The notes under the pieces were generated by a model that was not told the origin of the DNA, did not search any database, and saw nothing but the letters and a program-made list of their open reading frames with translations. From Oligoflexales bacterium (lineage in GTDB: Bacteria > Bdellovibrionota_B > Oligoflexia > Oligoflexales > RGVZ01): a stretch of DNA of 64,000 nt. Positions within the stretch are counted from its first letter, which is position 1; every line of letters starts with the position of its first letter. The stretch covers positions 13,961 to 77,960 of the forward strand of contig CANILH010000003.1 of the NCBI GenBank assembly GCA_947468665.1, read 5' to 3'. Position numbers and translations under genes: made by a program. Of the stretch, positions 55,116 through 64,000 are shown one piece after another.

Positions 55116-55931
55116 TCACTTAATTAATATGGCGTAGCCCTCAAACGTACTCGATATCGTCGCTTTTAGCCTTGCCCGTGTTGCGCCCATAAGGGCCCCA
55201 GAGACATTGACCTGAGACTTGATCAGATAAACTCCGTCTACTTTTCCGGTTGAGCTTTCCCAAGCCAGAAGCAAAGCCGAAAATTGCTTGAGCGGAGAAT
55301 AATTCAGGGGTGCCACCATTGAGTCAATTTTCAACATAACGTCCTGACCCTCAATCATTCCATAAGAAGTCAACGCCTTCATGTCTGCCCGGATACCCCA
55401 CTCTGGCACCGCCTCCTGCAGATACTCACAGGAATCATCGTCTTTCGTTGACACGCTGATTGATTCTACAGACTGAAGCCCGAGTCCGCCTACCTTCGCC
55501 CGAAGTGACTCAAAATCATCACAAAACATCTGACCAATGGACGAGATCTTAGAGAATGTGCCCGCCAGCGAGAATCCTGACGCGTAATAAAGGGTCTTAT
55601 CATGCTCGGTGAAAAATTCGGTAATTACGACTGAACCGCGACCTTCATAGGCCTTGGATTTCAGAGCGGCAAACCCACCGCGGTCACAAAGCCACTGAAT
55701 CTGTGACGGTACCGCGTCACCGGCGAAATTCTCAGACTTGAGAGCTTCGCATAAACTATCTGTTGTCGCCGGACGCGCGCCCATGCCTGCTACCTGTTCC
55801 CCAGCAGCGTTCTCGTCAGCGCCCCCGGCTGGGTCCGTTTTGATATTAGCGCGCGCAGCGCGCGGAGCCGTTGTCTTGCAAGATGAAATTACGTAAAGCG
55901 CGATCACCGTCATCAAAAGAGTAAGTCGCAA
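55116..55931 (-). CDS. hypothetical lipoprotein
   Basis: 271 aa. Lipobox YVISSCK. No recognisable domain. Convergent with icd, with a 4-bp gap. Confidence 0.45.
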   Translation of the reverse strand: MRLTLLMTVIALYVISSCKTTAPRAARANIKTDPAGGADENAAGEQVAGMGARPATTDSLCEALKSENFAGDAVPSQIQWLCDRGGFAALKSKAYEGRGSVVITEFFTEHDKTLYYASGFSLAGTFSKISSIGQMFCDDFESLRAKVGGLGLQSVESISVSTKDDDSCEYLQEAVPEWGIRADMKALTSYGMIEGQDVMLKIDSMVAPLNYSPLKQFSALLLAWESSTGKVDGVYLIKSQVNVSGALMGATRARLKATISSTFEGYAILIK

Positions 55932-56113
55932 TGAACACCTCAGCCGAAAATATTCCCAATCTGGTCCGCGAGTAACCCCCGGACATCCCGGGCTTTACGC
56001 ACGTTGGTTATCGGACTAATCGGCCCCGGCTTAAGTTAAATGAATATTTCCAGCGATTGAATCCCGCTCCGATGGCTTGAATAAAACCGTAAATAATCGA
56101 GATAAACCAGCTA

Positions 56114-57100
56114 TTACGCCTCGTTGATCAGGCGCCAAGATCGGACGCCATCCGCAAAAACTTTCAAATAACTCATTTTAGGCTCAATGGCCTTTTGGTT
56201 GACGCTGTCCCAAAAGCCTGGGATCGTCAATTGCGCCTCGCCAAGTTTATACCAAGGGATACTTGGATAAACATGATGAATGGAATGAAAACACAGATCG
56301 TTGAAAAGCCAGCGTGAGAACCAACCAGCCCGGATATTGCGACACGACATCGCCTGCCGACAAACCATATCAGCGTTTCGTCCTTCCCAAAGGCCATAGT
56401 GCTCAGCCAGGGCGCGCATTTGAATCAAGCCCCCTGATATTCTCTCCACAATCAGGTAAGATACCAGGAACTCGCCGACCACGTCAAAATACAGGCATAC
56501 TGCCATCTGGGTGCTGAACGTAAGCAGAACACCCCAAAAATCCTTTCGCATCGCGATTGTGAATTGAGGATATTTAGAACTAAGACGCCGCGCGGCAATC
56601 CATTGCCTCGCGATCATCCCAAAACCGCCAAACACGAAAATATTAATCAACCACTGATGCCTGATATACCACCGCCCCATAATTCCGGCTTTATCATACT
56701 CCGACTTTCGGAACGTAGGCCGCTCTGGATCCTCAAAATCCCGTCCAAGCATCCCGTGATGCAACTTATGAATTTCAATATAAGTCACAAAAGGCGCATA
56801 GACATTCCATGACCAAAATCGTCCCCACCAGTCATCAAATCGTTTAATTCCCGTGTAAGTCCTGTGAATGCAATCATGCCCAGTCACAAGTACAGCCGTA
56901 TAGACAAAAGCGAACGGGATGGTCGCCAACACCGCGAGCCTGTAGTCATGCTGCCAGAATACGATGACAGCGCCTGCAAGCCCCGCGAGAGTCAGTGTAT
57001 GAATAAAGGCGTGTGTAAGGCCCTGGGTTGGCGACATTGCGCTCATCTGGGCGAGGGTGCGGGCAAGCTTCTGGCTATTGGTCAATACGGGCATGGTCAT
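56114..57100 (-). CDS. membrane fatty-acid desaturase
   Basis: Three His boxes (HDCIH, HKLHH, HSIHHVYP) and several TM helices. Confidence 0.85.
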   Translation of the reverse strand: MTMPVLTNSQKLARTLAQMSAMSPTQGLTHAFIHTLTLAGLAGAVIVFWQHDYRLAVLATIPFAFVYTAVLVTGHDCIHRTYTGIKRFDDWWGRFWSWNVYAPFVTYIEIHKLHHGMLGRDFEDPERPTFRKSEYDKAGIMGRWYIRHQWLINIFVFGGFGMIARQWIAARRLSSKYPQFTIAMRKDFWGVLLTFSTQMAVCLYFDVVGEFLVSYLIVERISGGLIQMRALAEHYGLWEGRNADMVCRQAMSCRNIRAGWFSRWLFNDLCFHSIHHVYPSIPWYKLGEAQLTIPGFWDSVNQKAIEPKMSYLKVFADGVRSWRLINEA

Positions 57101-57127
57101 TACTGATTCCCTGATGTTTGTTTAAAA

Positions 57128-57748
57128 TTATTTCGTTTTTTTTGATTTATTTTTTTTAGTGTTATGAGCTTTGGAACGCTTTACGGGTTTCGCTGAATCC
57201 TCGTCAGTCGCGTTCGAGAACGAGGACGGACGTGACTTGACGAGCCATCTTGATCGAATCCACTGCCCCTCATCAAGTTTGGCCCAACCACCGTGAATCT
57301 TAACGTGAACCTCATCACCACCTTTCAGACTGCCAACAATTTTTGAGAAGCGATTGGGTTGAGAGCGAATATTGAGTGTCGCGGCCTCAATGAACTTTTT
57401 CTGAGGCCCACTGCCGACTTTCGCCGGAGCGGACGCGTCCGTGGTTGCCTCTGGCAGCGGGCTTTCTGGCACCACTTGCCCACTGCGGACGTCGAGGGTG
57501 GCGTCCCTCACAGGTTTAGCATCAGGATTACTTTCAGAGCTACTTTCTGACTTAGCTTGCGGCTCCGGTGCCGGACCATCGGTATCCTTAGGCAAGACAG
57601 GCTCGTCCTTCGGAATCGCCTTTTGATCCGGATCTATCCTGCTCAGATCACCACCAGACACCGGCTCCTCGGGTTGCGTCTTTGAGCACCCGTAAAACGC
57701 CAGCGTAAAACAAACCATAAAAAATTGAACGCGAACAAATCCTGGCAT
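57128..57748 (-). CDS. SH3b-domain lipoprotein with basic tail
   Basis: Lipobox AFYGCSK. Pro/Glu-rich linker. SH3_3-like ATLNIRSQPNRFSKIVGSLKGGDEVHVKIHGGWAKL. KKNKSKKTK tail. Confidence 0.6.
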   Translation of the reverse strand: MPGFVRVQFFMVCFTLAFYGCSKTQPEEPVSGGDLSRIDPDQKAIPKDEPVLPKDTDGPAPEPQAKSESSSESNPDAKPVRDATLDVRSGQVVPESPLPEATTDASAPAKVGSGPQKKFIEAATLNIRSQPNRFSKIVGSLKGGDEVHVKIHGGWAKLDEGQWIRSRWLVKSRPSSFSNATDEDSAKPVKRSKAHNTKKNKSKKTK

Positions 57749-57771
57749 TTATAACACCTATTCAGCGAAAG

Positions 57772-58092
57772 TTAATTCTGGCTGGCTTCCTCAACCATTG
57801 CCTTAAGCTTCTCAAGTCCCTTAAATCCCTCAAGGCGCCCTTTCATCTCCTTGGCGATGAAGACGAAAAATACCGGAAGCACCTCTGATTCTGTAATCTC
57901 AAGAATCTCCGGATGATCATCCGTACAAATCTGCGCGAACACAAGTCCGTGCTGATCCGCGGCCTCGATACGCTCGATAGCGGGAATCGACAGCTTGCAG
58001 GCTCCGCAGCCCTTTTTCCAGAGCTTCAAAAACACTTTATCACCAGCGTCGAGGTGCTTTTGGAGGTCATCCGGGGTCCAGTCTCGCATCAT
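57772..58092 (-). CDS. thioredoxin-fold protein (CGAC active site)
   Basis: 106 aa. FLKLWKKGCGACKLSIP sits in the position of the Trx WCGPCK motif. Confidence 0.7.
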   Translation of the reverse strand: MMRDWTPDDLQKHLDAGDKVFLKLWKKGCGACKLSIPAIERIEAADQHGLVFAQICTDDHPEILEITESEVLPVFFVFIAKEMKGRLEGFKGLEKLKAMVEEASQN

Positions 58093-58171
58093 GCTCTCCT
58101 ACTTGAGTTTGACTGTTTGATTCTGCATCAGTATCGACCAAAACCTCAAGTAATTCCTGACTTGCGCCAGG

Positions 58172-58214
58172 CTGAAAATCAGATAGTATGCACCCGTCAA
58201 AGATCTGAAATCAG
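58172..58214 (+). promoter_or_regulatory. pair of CTGA-A(2-3)-TCAG palindromes upstream of the ABC importer operon (possible operator)
   Basis: ctgaaaatcag (58172-58182) and ctgaaatcag (58205-58214), 25-65 bp upstream of the start at 58239. Sequence observation only. Confidence 0.2.
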
Positions 58215-58238
58215 CATTTATTATTGAATTGAAAGGTC

Positions 58239-59561
58239 ATGTCTCCTATGAAAATCTCCCATGGCTCCCTGTTATTTGCGGCCGCTCTCTCAGCTCTCAC
58301 ATCACAAACAGCCCGCTCTGCTGAAAAAGTAGTCATCATTTCGCCGCACCGCAAGTCAATTCAGAACGAATACATCCCAACCTTCAAAAACTGGTACAAA
58401 ACAAAATACAAGACTGACGTTGAAGTTGAGTGGATTGACCAGGGCGGCAGCAATGACGACGTGAAGTTCATCAAGACCAAGTTTGAGGCCAATCCCAAAA
58501 CCTCAGGCATCGATATTTTCTGGGGCGGCGGGACAACGACTCATACCGAAATCGCGGCTGCGAAAATGGCGGACAAGCTAAAACTTTCCCCAGAGACTCA
58601 AAAGCAGATCCCCAAAATGGTCGGCGGCATGCCTACAATGAACAAAGAAGGCACGTATGTCTCTCAAGCCCTCTCGTCATTCGGGATTTTCTACAACAAA
58701 GCCATTCTAAAAATCGAAAAACTTCCAGCGCCAACCACATGGGAATCCCTCGCTGACGCTAAATACCGCGACAAACTGATTTTGACCGACTCCCGTAAAT
58801 CAGGCTCCGCAAGCGTTACCAATCACGTAATTCTTGAAAGCCTTGGCTGGGACAAGGGATTTGAGCTTCTGACTGCGATGAGCGGCAACGCGCGACAGTT
58901 CACCCAATCGAGCTCTGACGTGATCAAAGCAATTGTCTCTGGTGATGCCGCAGCGACCCTTGCGATTGACTTCTACGCACTAGCGAAAATTGGCGACCTC
59001 GGCGCAGATAAACTTGGATTTATTCTTCCTGAAGCCAAAACCATCATTGAGGGCGACCCCGTAACGATTCTTAAAGGCGCTCCTAACCGCCTCGTTGCTG
59101 ACCGCTTTGTTGAGTACATCATGTCACCAGAAGGTCAGGTCATCCTGATGCTTCCTAAAGGCGCCGCGGGCGGACCAAAAGCGGAGACTCTCGGTCGACT
59201 TGCCGTAAATACCGAAGCATACAAGATGACCGAGGGCAAACGAGTCAATCCGATGAACCCATTTACGGCCAAGGGGTTCATGACTTATGATTCAGAGAAG
59301 CAGGCGAAAACCCGCAAAGTTCTGGACGATCTTATTGGAGCCCAATTCATCGACAGCCACAAAGAGCTGCGGGATGCGTGGACTCGAGTGATCAAGGCTG
59401 GCTCAAAACCAGCTGATATCAAAGCGCTTTCTAAAATGCCCGCAACAGCCGCCGACGTTCTTAAACTAAGCGATAAATGGGACGACGCTGTATTCCGCAA
59501 CGAAACTATCAATGCTTGGGTAAAGTTCGCTCAAGCCAAGTACGCCGCCGTCGCCAAGTAA
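58239..59561 (+). CDS. ABC transporter periplasmic substrate-binding protein (family-1, iron(III)/polyamine-like)
   Basis: 440 aa with a signal peptide. First gene of an SBP-ATPase-permease operon. General SBP_bac_1-like composition. Substrate not determinable by eye. Confidence 0.7.
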   Translation: MSPMKISHGSLLFAAALSALTSQTARSAEKVVIISPHRKSIQNEYIPTFKNWYKTKYKTDVEVEWIDQGGSNDDVKFIKTKFEANPKTSGIDIFWGGGTTTHTEIAAAKMADKLKLSPETQKQIPKMVGGMPTMNKEGTYVSQALSSFGIFYNKAILKIEKLPAPTTWESLADAKYRDKLILTDSRKSGSASVTNHVILESLGWDKGFELLTAMSGNARQFTQSSSDVIKAIVSGDAAATLAIDFYALAKIGDLGADKLGFILPEAKTIIEGDPVTILKGAPNRLVADRFVEYIMSPEGQVILMLPKGAAGGPKAETLGRLAVNTEAYKMTEGKRVNPMNPFTAKGFMTYDSEKQAKTRKVLDDLIGAQFIDSHKELRDAWTRVIKAGSKPADIKALSKMPATAADVLKLSDKWDDAVFRNETINAWVKFAQAKYAAVAK

Positions 59562-59570
59562 TCTCAGTAG

Positions 59571-59612
59571 GTTACCCGTGTAATGGCCTGCCAGCGGGCC
59601 TTTCCGGGTAAC
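59571..59612 (+). terminator. intra-operon hairpin (attenuator/partial terminator) between SBP and ATPase genes
   Basis: Outer 8-bp stem gttacccg (59571-78) / cgggtaac (59605-12) encloses a GC-rich inner hairpin (ggcc...ggcc). Followed by the T-rich tctattctt. Confidence 0.35.
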
Positions 59613-59710
59613 TCTATTCTTGAACTAATTATAGATTTTATGTTACTAGCGGACTCCCTTAGAATCCGCCTTCTTTTGTATTAAATTATACGCACGGAGT
59701 GACTACCCCG

Positions 59711-60802
59711 ATGGAAGTTGTTTTTAAGAACGTCACCAAGCGCTACGGTAAAACCGTCGCCGTTGGAAATCTGAACCTAACAGTAAAATCTGGCGCTCTT
59801 CACTTCTTACTCGGGCCTTCCGGCTGCGGCAAAACAACAACACTTCGTATGCTCGCGGGACTTGAGTCTGTCACCGAGGGCCAGATTCTTTTTGACGGCA
59901 AGGATGTCACCCGCCTGCCCGCCGCTGATCGTGGCATTGGAATGGTGTTTCAGAATTACGCCCTCTGGCCACACATGACAGTCCTCAAAAACATCGAATA
60001 CGGCCTGAAGCTACGAAAACTCCCTAAATCCGAGATAGAATCACGTATTAAGGAGGTTCTGCATATCACGCAATTGACAAGGTTCGTTGACCGCCTGCCG
60101 GGACAGCTTTCCGGTGGTCAGCAGCAGCGTGTCGCCCTGGCCCGGGCACTCGCGATCCGTCCCAATGTCCTCCTCCTCGATGAGCCACTCTCCAACCTTG
60201 ACGCCAAACTCCGTCACGAGATGCGGGACAACATCAGCCGCATCCACAAAAAAACCGGCATTACAACCGTGTACGTCACTCACGACCAAAAAGAAGCCCT
60301 CAGCATGGGAAGCGATATTTCCATCATGCACTCCGGTATTTTGGTTCAGACTGCGCCCCCGCGGGAACTCTACAAGAACCCCGAGTCGCCATTTGTCGCC
60401 GGATTTATAGGTGAGACAAATATTATCCACGGTACATACAAAGGCAAAGACGGCAACGACCACCTGGTTGACACCGCCCTTGGCGTGATTCGCTCTGAGC
60501 GTAAATTTGGTGACTTCAAGGCCGGCAGCGGCGTATTCATCTCGATCCGCCCTGAATCCGTGGAACTTGCCCTCAAGCAATCCCCAAACGAGACCAATTG
60601 TTTTGAGATGACGCTTAGTCATCTCACGTACCTTGGCGACAGCGAGCAATTGCAATTCACCAAAGGCGATACCGTCATTAAAGCGAATTTATTTAACGCC
60701 CTCGATCATGGCCTTTCCGATGGCGATGGGGCCCGCGTTCGCTTCCCCAAAGACGCGACATTAGTGCTTCCTCCCGACATGCAGCTCGGAGCGGGGACCT
60801 GA
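59711..60802 (+). CDS. ABC transporter ATP-binding protein (PotA/FbpC/MalK-like with C-terminal regulatory/TOBE-like domain)
   Basis: Walker A GPSGCGKTT, Q-loop, signature LSGGQQQRVALARAL, Walker B LLLDEPLSNLD and H-loop VTHDQ. ATG at 59711 follows GGAG. Confidence 0.9.
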   Translation: MEVVFKNVTKRYGKTVAVGNLNLTVKSGALHFLLGPSGCGKTTTLRMLAGLESVTEGQILFDGKDVTRLPAADRGIGMVFQNYALWPHMTVLKNIEYGLKLRKLPKSEIESRIKEVLHITQLTRFVDRLPGQLSGGQQQRVALARALAIRPNVLLLDEPLSNLDAKLRHEMRDNISRIHKKTGITTVYVTHDQKEALSMGSDISIMHSGILVQTAPPRELYKNPESPFVAGFIGETNIIHGTYKGKDGNDHLVDTALGVIRSERKFGDFKAGSGVFISIRPESVELALKQSPNETNCFEMTLSHLTYLGDSEQLQFTKGDTVIKANLFNALDHGLSDGDGARVRFPKDATLVLPPDMQLGAGT

Positions 60803-60806
60803 TCCA

Positions 60807-62528
60807 ATGGCAACAACCTCCGTTGAGACGTCCTCACCACTAAAACGACTTATGAGTAACCTGCTGGGTTACGGAACTGTGGCCGTAACGATCATTATGA
60901 TCGGCGTATTCCTGCTTCTTCCGATGTCGAAAGTCATGATTAAGGCCTTCTATAACGGCGACACATTTACCCTCGACTACTTTCGCCTTCTCTTTGACAA
61001 TCACCTGATGGTTGAGGCGATGATCAACTCCTGCTGGGTGGCGTTCGCCACGACAATTGTCTGCACTCTGGTAGCTTTGCCTCTAGCTGTAATCGGCAGC
61101 AAATTTGATTTCCCAGGAAAGGGCCTCCTCTTGGGCCTCCTCCTGGTACCCATGGTCATGCCGCCCTTTGTTGGGGCCATTGGTTTTCAGAGATTTTTCG
61201 CCCGTTATGGCAGCGTAAATTTAATGCTCATCAACGCCAAAATAATCGAAACACCAATTGATTGGCTTGGCGATGCCAACAAGTTCTGGGCCGTTGTCAT
61301 CCTTGGCGTCATGCATTTATACCCGATTATGTACCTAAACCTCGCTGCCGCCCTCGCCAACGTAGATCCCTCATTAGAGGAAATGGCCACCACACTCGGC
61401 GTCAAAAAATGGCGTCAATTCAAAGATATTGTCTGGCCTCTGGCACGCCCAGGATATTTTGCGGGAGCGATCATCGTATTCATCTGGTCGCTGACCGACC
61501 TCGGGACTCCGCTGCTCATAGGCTATCAGGATGTGATTCCGGTCCGGATCTTTAACATGGTCAGCGACATTAACGAGAACCCCATGGGTTTTGCGCTGGT
61601 GTTTATGGTTATTATGTTGACCGTAGGATTTTTCCTGCTGTCAAAGAGCACACTCAACGGCAAAAAATACGACATGATGGCCCGCGGCCACGTAACGAGC
61701 GCTGTCCGCAAAACAGGGCCATTGGGTACAATCGTCATTTATGCCACTCTGCTTTCGGTTATTTTATTCGCGCTCTTCCCGCATGTGAGCGTATTGATCA
61801 CAAGTTTGTCCCATAACTGGTTTATGACGCCACTGCCGGTCGAATATACGCTTGAGCACTATGCGAAAGTCTTTAATCAGGATCTCCCGCTGCGCGGCAT
61901 CGAGAACAGTCTATTCCTCGCCTCGCTCTCGACCTTGACGGATGTCATACTTGGCTGTCTCGTGGCATACGTGATCGTTCGTAAATTGCTCCCAATGACC
62001 GGACTGCTTGATTCTATCGTCATGATTCCCCTGGCACTGCCCGGTATCGTTCTGGCGTTTGGCTACGTTATTACATTTAGCGGGACATTCCTGGATCCGA
62101 TGGAAAACCCCGTTCCTTTGCTCGTTATCGCGTACGCCATCCGGCGTCTTCCATACATGGTTCGCTCAGCGTCCGCTGGTCTTCAGCAGACTAGCACCAG
62201 CCTTGAGGAGGCCTCGGCGACATTTGGCGCAAGCCGCTTCTACACGTTGCGCAAGATCACGCTTCCACTTGTGCTCGCCAACGTTATAGCCGGAAGTCTT
62301 TTGTGCTTTGCCTATGCGATGCTGGATGTTTCTGACAGCATGATTCTCGCGATGAAAGACCAGTTCTATCCGATTACCAAAGTCATTTACGCGCTTTATC
62401 TGGAACAAGGCAGCGGCGAGTTTGTCGCATCTGCGCTTGGCATGATTTCCATGGGAATCCTGACCATCTGCATTATGGGCGCCTCAGTGGTACTGGGCAA
62501 AAAAATGGGTGAGCTGTTTAAGAGCTGA
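60807..62528 (+). CDS. fused double-domain ABC transporter permease (FbpB-like)
   Basis: 573 aa, about 12 TM helices. Two EAA-loop-like regions (LEEMATTLGVKKWRQFKDIVWPLARP and LEEASATFGASRFYTLRKITLPLV). Confidence 0.85.
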   Translation: MATTSVETSSPLKRLMSNLLGYGTVAVTIIMIGVFLLLPMSKVMIKAFYNGDTFTLDYFRLLFDNHLMVEAMINSCWVAFATTIVCTLVALPLAVIGSKFDFPGKGLLLGLLLVPMVMPPFVGAIGFQRFFARYGSVNLMLINAKIIETPIDWLGDANKFWAVVILGVMHLYPIMYLNLAAALANVDPSLEEMATTLGVKKWRQFKDIVWPLARPGYFAGAIIVFIWSLTDLGTPLLIGYQDVIPVRIFNMVSDINENPMGFALVFMVIMLTVGFFLLSKSTLNGKKYDMMARGHVTSAVRKTGPLGTIVIYATLLSVILFALFPHVSVLITSLSHNWFMTPLPVEYTLEHYAKVFNQDLPLRGIENSLFLASLSTLTDVILGCLVAYVIVRKLLPMTGLLDSIVMIPLALPGIVLAFGYVITFSGTFLDPMENPVPLLVIAYAIRRLPYMVRSASAGLQQTSTSLEEASATFGASRFYTLRKITLPLVLANVIAGSLLCFAYAMLDVSDSMILAMKDQFYPITKVIYALYLEQGSGEFVASALGMISMGILTICIMGASVVLGKKMGELFKS

Positions 62529-62541
62529 GTTTCGCCAGCGT

Positions 62542-63855
62542 TTAGGCGGCGTTGATTGCCTCATGCGACGCGTCGGGATCGATGAAATACAAGCGGTCAT
62601 GATCAATGTCGCGGATTTTTTTGCCAGGCTCAAGAACGAACTCCTGAACCGCGAACGGCCTGGTGATGTCCAGGAGAACCGCGGACCCGAAAACAACACG
62701 ATCTCTCTCTCCGTGATTCATGCGGATCAGTTTACCGGCGCCCTGAATCCTCCGTGCCCGTCCGGGAACCTCGCCCAAAGCCGTGACCTTTTGATGTCCG
62801 ACCGGACCCATCATCCCAATCAGAGCGTCACCACAAGAGACGCCAATATCGATAGCTTCAGGAAGTCCATAACGAGCGACAAACTCCCGCTTTCCAAGAA
62901 TCAAATCATAGGAAAATTGAAGCGATTGATTGACCAGGTCATTCTTGTCACCCACGTCCTTTGAGTAAATCACTACAAAGAACTCATCGGCAATCCAGTC
63001 GGTATAATAATTACCATCAGGAAAGGCATTAGATAATATGCTCTCGCACATATCATAATAATCACCGAGGCCCTTCGAGAGCGATTCGACCGACATTGTC
63101 TCACTCAGAGCCTGATATCCGCGCCAATCCGAGCTAATACAGACACATCGTCTGGAGCGTGGCGCAAAAGCCTCAGATATACTGATGTTTCCGGACGCTG
63201 ACTGCCTGACTATTTTCGCGGGGGCGGCGCGAATCAGCAAATTGTACTCAAGGCGGGCCATCCTGACATATTGCGCCTTATGGGCCTGTGTAAACACGAA
63301 GCTGGCGATCGAGGCAACGCTATTAATTAGTCCAAGTAAAAATCCGAGTTTATGACCGCCAAACGCCCAATAGCCAAGACCGCAACAAATCGACATCCAA
63401 AGTACATGAAGTTTTTTGCTTCCGGGATCCATCAGCAGTGCAAACATACAGATCATAATGGCGGCTGCCCCGGATATAAAAATTCCCTCAGGATCACCCT
63501 GGGCAATATAACGCCTCGCAGAGATAGAATACGCCACAGGGATAATGATCAGCAAAACGGGATAAACATGACGAATAAGCATCTCCCGCGCGGGGGTCTC
63601 AATTATCATCGCGAGGCAAAGCAGCCCGCTGATAACATGCGTCGCTATCAATTGGGCCGCCATGTCCGGAAGAGCGACAAATGGCATAATCGACGCGGCG
63701 AAAATATGAAAGGCGACAGCAACCTTAAGAGTGACCTCTGTTTGCTCAAGATGGCGGCGCGTCATTCTCGCAGCAACGAAAAACCGCTCGTCTGCCGACG
63801 CGACGTCTACCGTGATTTGACTTAAAAAACGCCGGACTCCCATAGGCCCTCCCAT
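62542..63855 (-). CDS. membrane-anchored class III nucleotidyl cyclase (adenylate/guanylate cyclase domain)
   Basis: 437 aa. The N-terminal ~200 aa holds about 6 TM helices. The C-terminal part is colinear with the class III CHD: CVCISSDWRGYQALSE, DWIADEFFVVIYS, IDIGVSCGDALIGMMG and VTALGEVPGRARRIQ. Confidence 0.65.
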   Translation of the reverse strand: MGGPMGVRRFLSQITVDVASADERFFVAARMTRRHLEQTEVTLKVAVAFHIFAASIMPFVALPDMAAQLIATHVISGLLCLAMIIETPAREMLIRHVYPVLLIIIPVAYSISARRYIAQGDPEGIFISGAAAIMICMFALLMDPGSKKLHVLWMSICCGLGYWAFGGHKLGFLLGLINSVASIASFVFTQAHKAQYVRMARLEYNLLIRAAPAKIVRQSASGNISISEAFAPRSRRCVCISSDWRGYQALSETMSVESLSKGLGDYYDMCESILSNAFPDGNYYTDWIADEFFVVIYSKDVGDKNDLVNQSLQFSYDLILGKREFVARYGLPEAIDIGVSCGDALIGMMGPVGHQKVTALGEVPGRARRIQGAGKLIRMNHGERDRVVFGSAVLLDITRPFAVQEFVLEPGKKIRDIDHDRLYFIDPDASHEAINAA

Positions 63856-64000
63856 TTAGCGGTATCGGACATGCTGATCATTCCTTGATAGGCAGAATCT
63901 GCCGGGCGCGACCTGTCCGGCTAAGAGCCTCAGTCCGGCATTTTCGCGAGCAGCGGATTATCCGCCCTTCGCGTAAGCATGCCCCGCATGATCCGCGGAG

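Noticed and set aside
60041-60655. 204-aa ORF antisense to the ABC ATPase gene
   Set aside because: The sense strand carries a complete Walker A / signature / Walker B set. The antisense ORF is typical GC-frame noise.
1-64000. Scan for CRISPR arrays, tRNA/rRNA genes, IS elements, integrases, reverse transcriptases and prophage genes
   Set aside because: I found no regularly spaced repeats and no T-loop-type GGTTCGAATCC contexts outside coding sequence. No ORF carries transposase, integrase or RT motifs. A tRNAscan/Rfam/ISfinder run would be the definitive check.

Overview
Densely coding chromosomal window of about 50% GC with roughly 60 protein genes. I saw no rRNA, tRNA, CRISPR array, transposase or integrase. 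The gene content suggests a delta-proteobacterial (Bdellovibrionota/Myxococcota-like) gliding or predatory organism; this is an inference, not a database result. The supporting content is an Agl/Glt-type motor cluster, secreted hydrolases, a eukaryote-type NADP-IDH and a long-form urocanase.

Main blocks:
- 0.3-7 kb: folate/chorismate enzymes, an orphan histidine kinase and hutU.
- 7-10.5 kb: three secreted proteins, including a patatin-like lipase.
- 10.7-20.2 kb: ABC-F ATPase, an unusual 806-aa membrane protein with FliF/SctJ-like ring-building repeats fused to a full FliG-like region, DsbA-like protein, L,D-transpeptidase, RluD-type synthase, an HPD-less J-like/RodZ-like protein and a MinD/FlhG-like ATPase.
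- 21-27 kb: sthA, dus and a 978-aa metalloprotease-plus-barrel protein.
- 27.2-34.4 kb: a tightly coupled private type-II FAS/PKS-like operon (fabI, fabG, long ACP, double-hotdog dehydratase, KS, catalytically dead KS partner, acpS, terminal thioester reductase).
- 34.37-36.33 kb: a low-GC 1.8-kb insertion bracketed by 126-bp direct repeats that duplicate the junction of two convergent genes. It carries a nucleotidyltransferase/small-partner pair and about 1 kb of poorly coding DNA.
- 36.3-40.8 kb: multicopper oxidase, apaG, LysM-M23 peptidase and surE.
- 41.2-52.1 kb: an eight-gene TolQ/ExbD/TPR/TonB_C-FHA gliding-motor-type operon.
- 52.4-53.8 kb: an orphan nuoB coupled to a pseudo-receiver/GHKL protein.
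- 53.9-63.9 kb: IDH, a desaturase, a thioredoxin-like protein, an ABC importer and a membrane class III cyclase.

The best candidates for something undescribed are the FliF/FliG-like chimera, the KS/dead-KS/reductase lipid cluster, and the repeat-bracketed low-GC islet.
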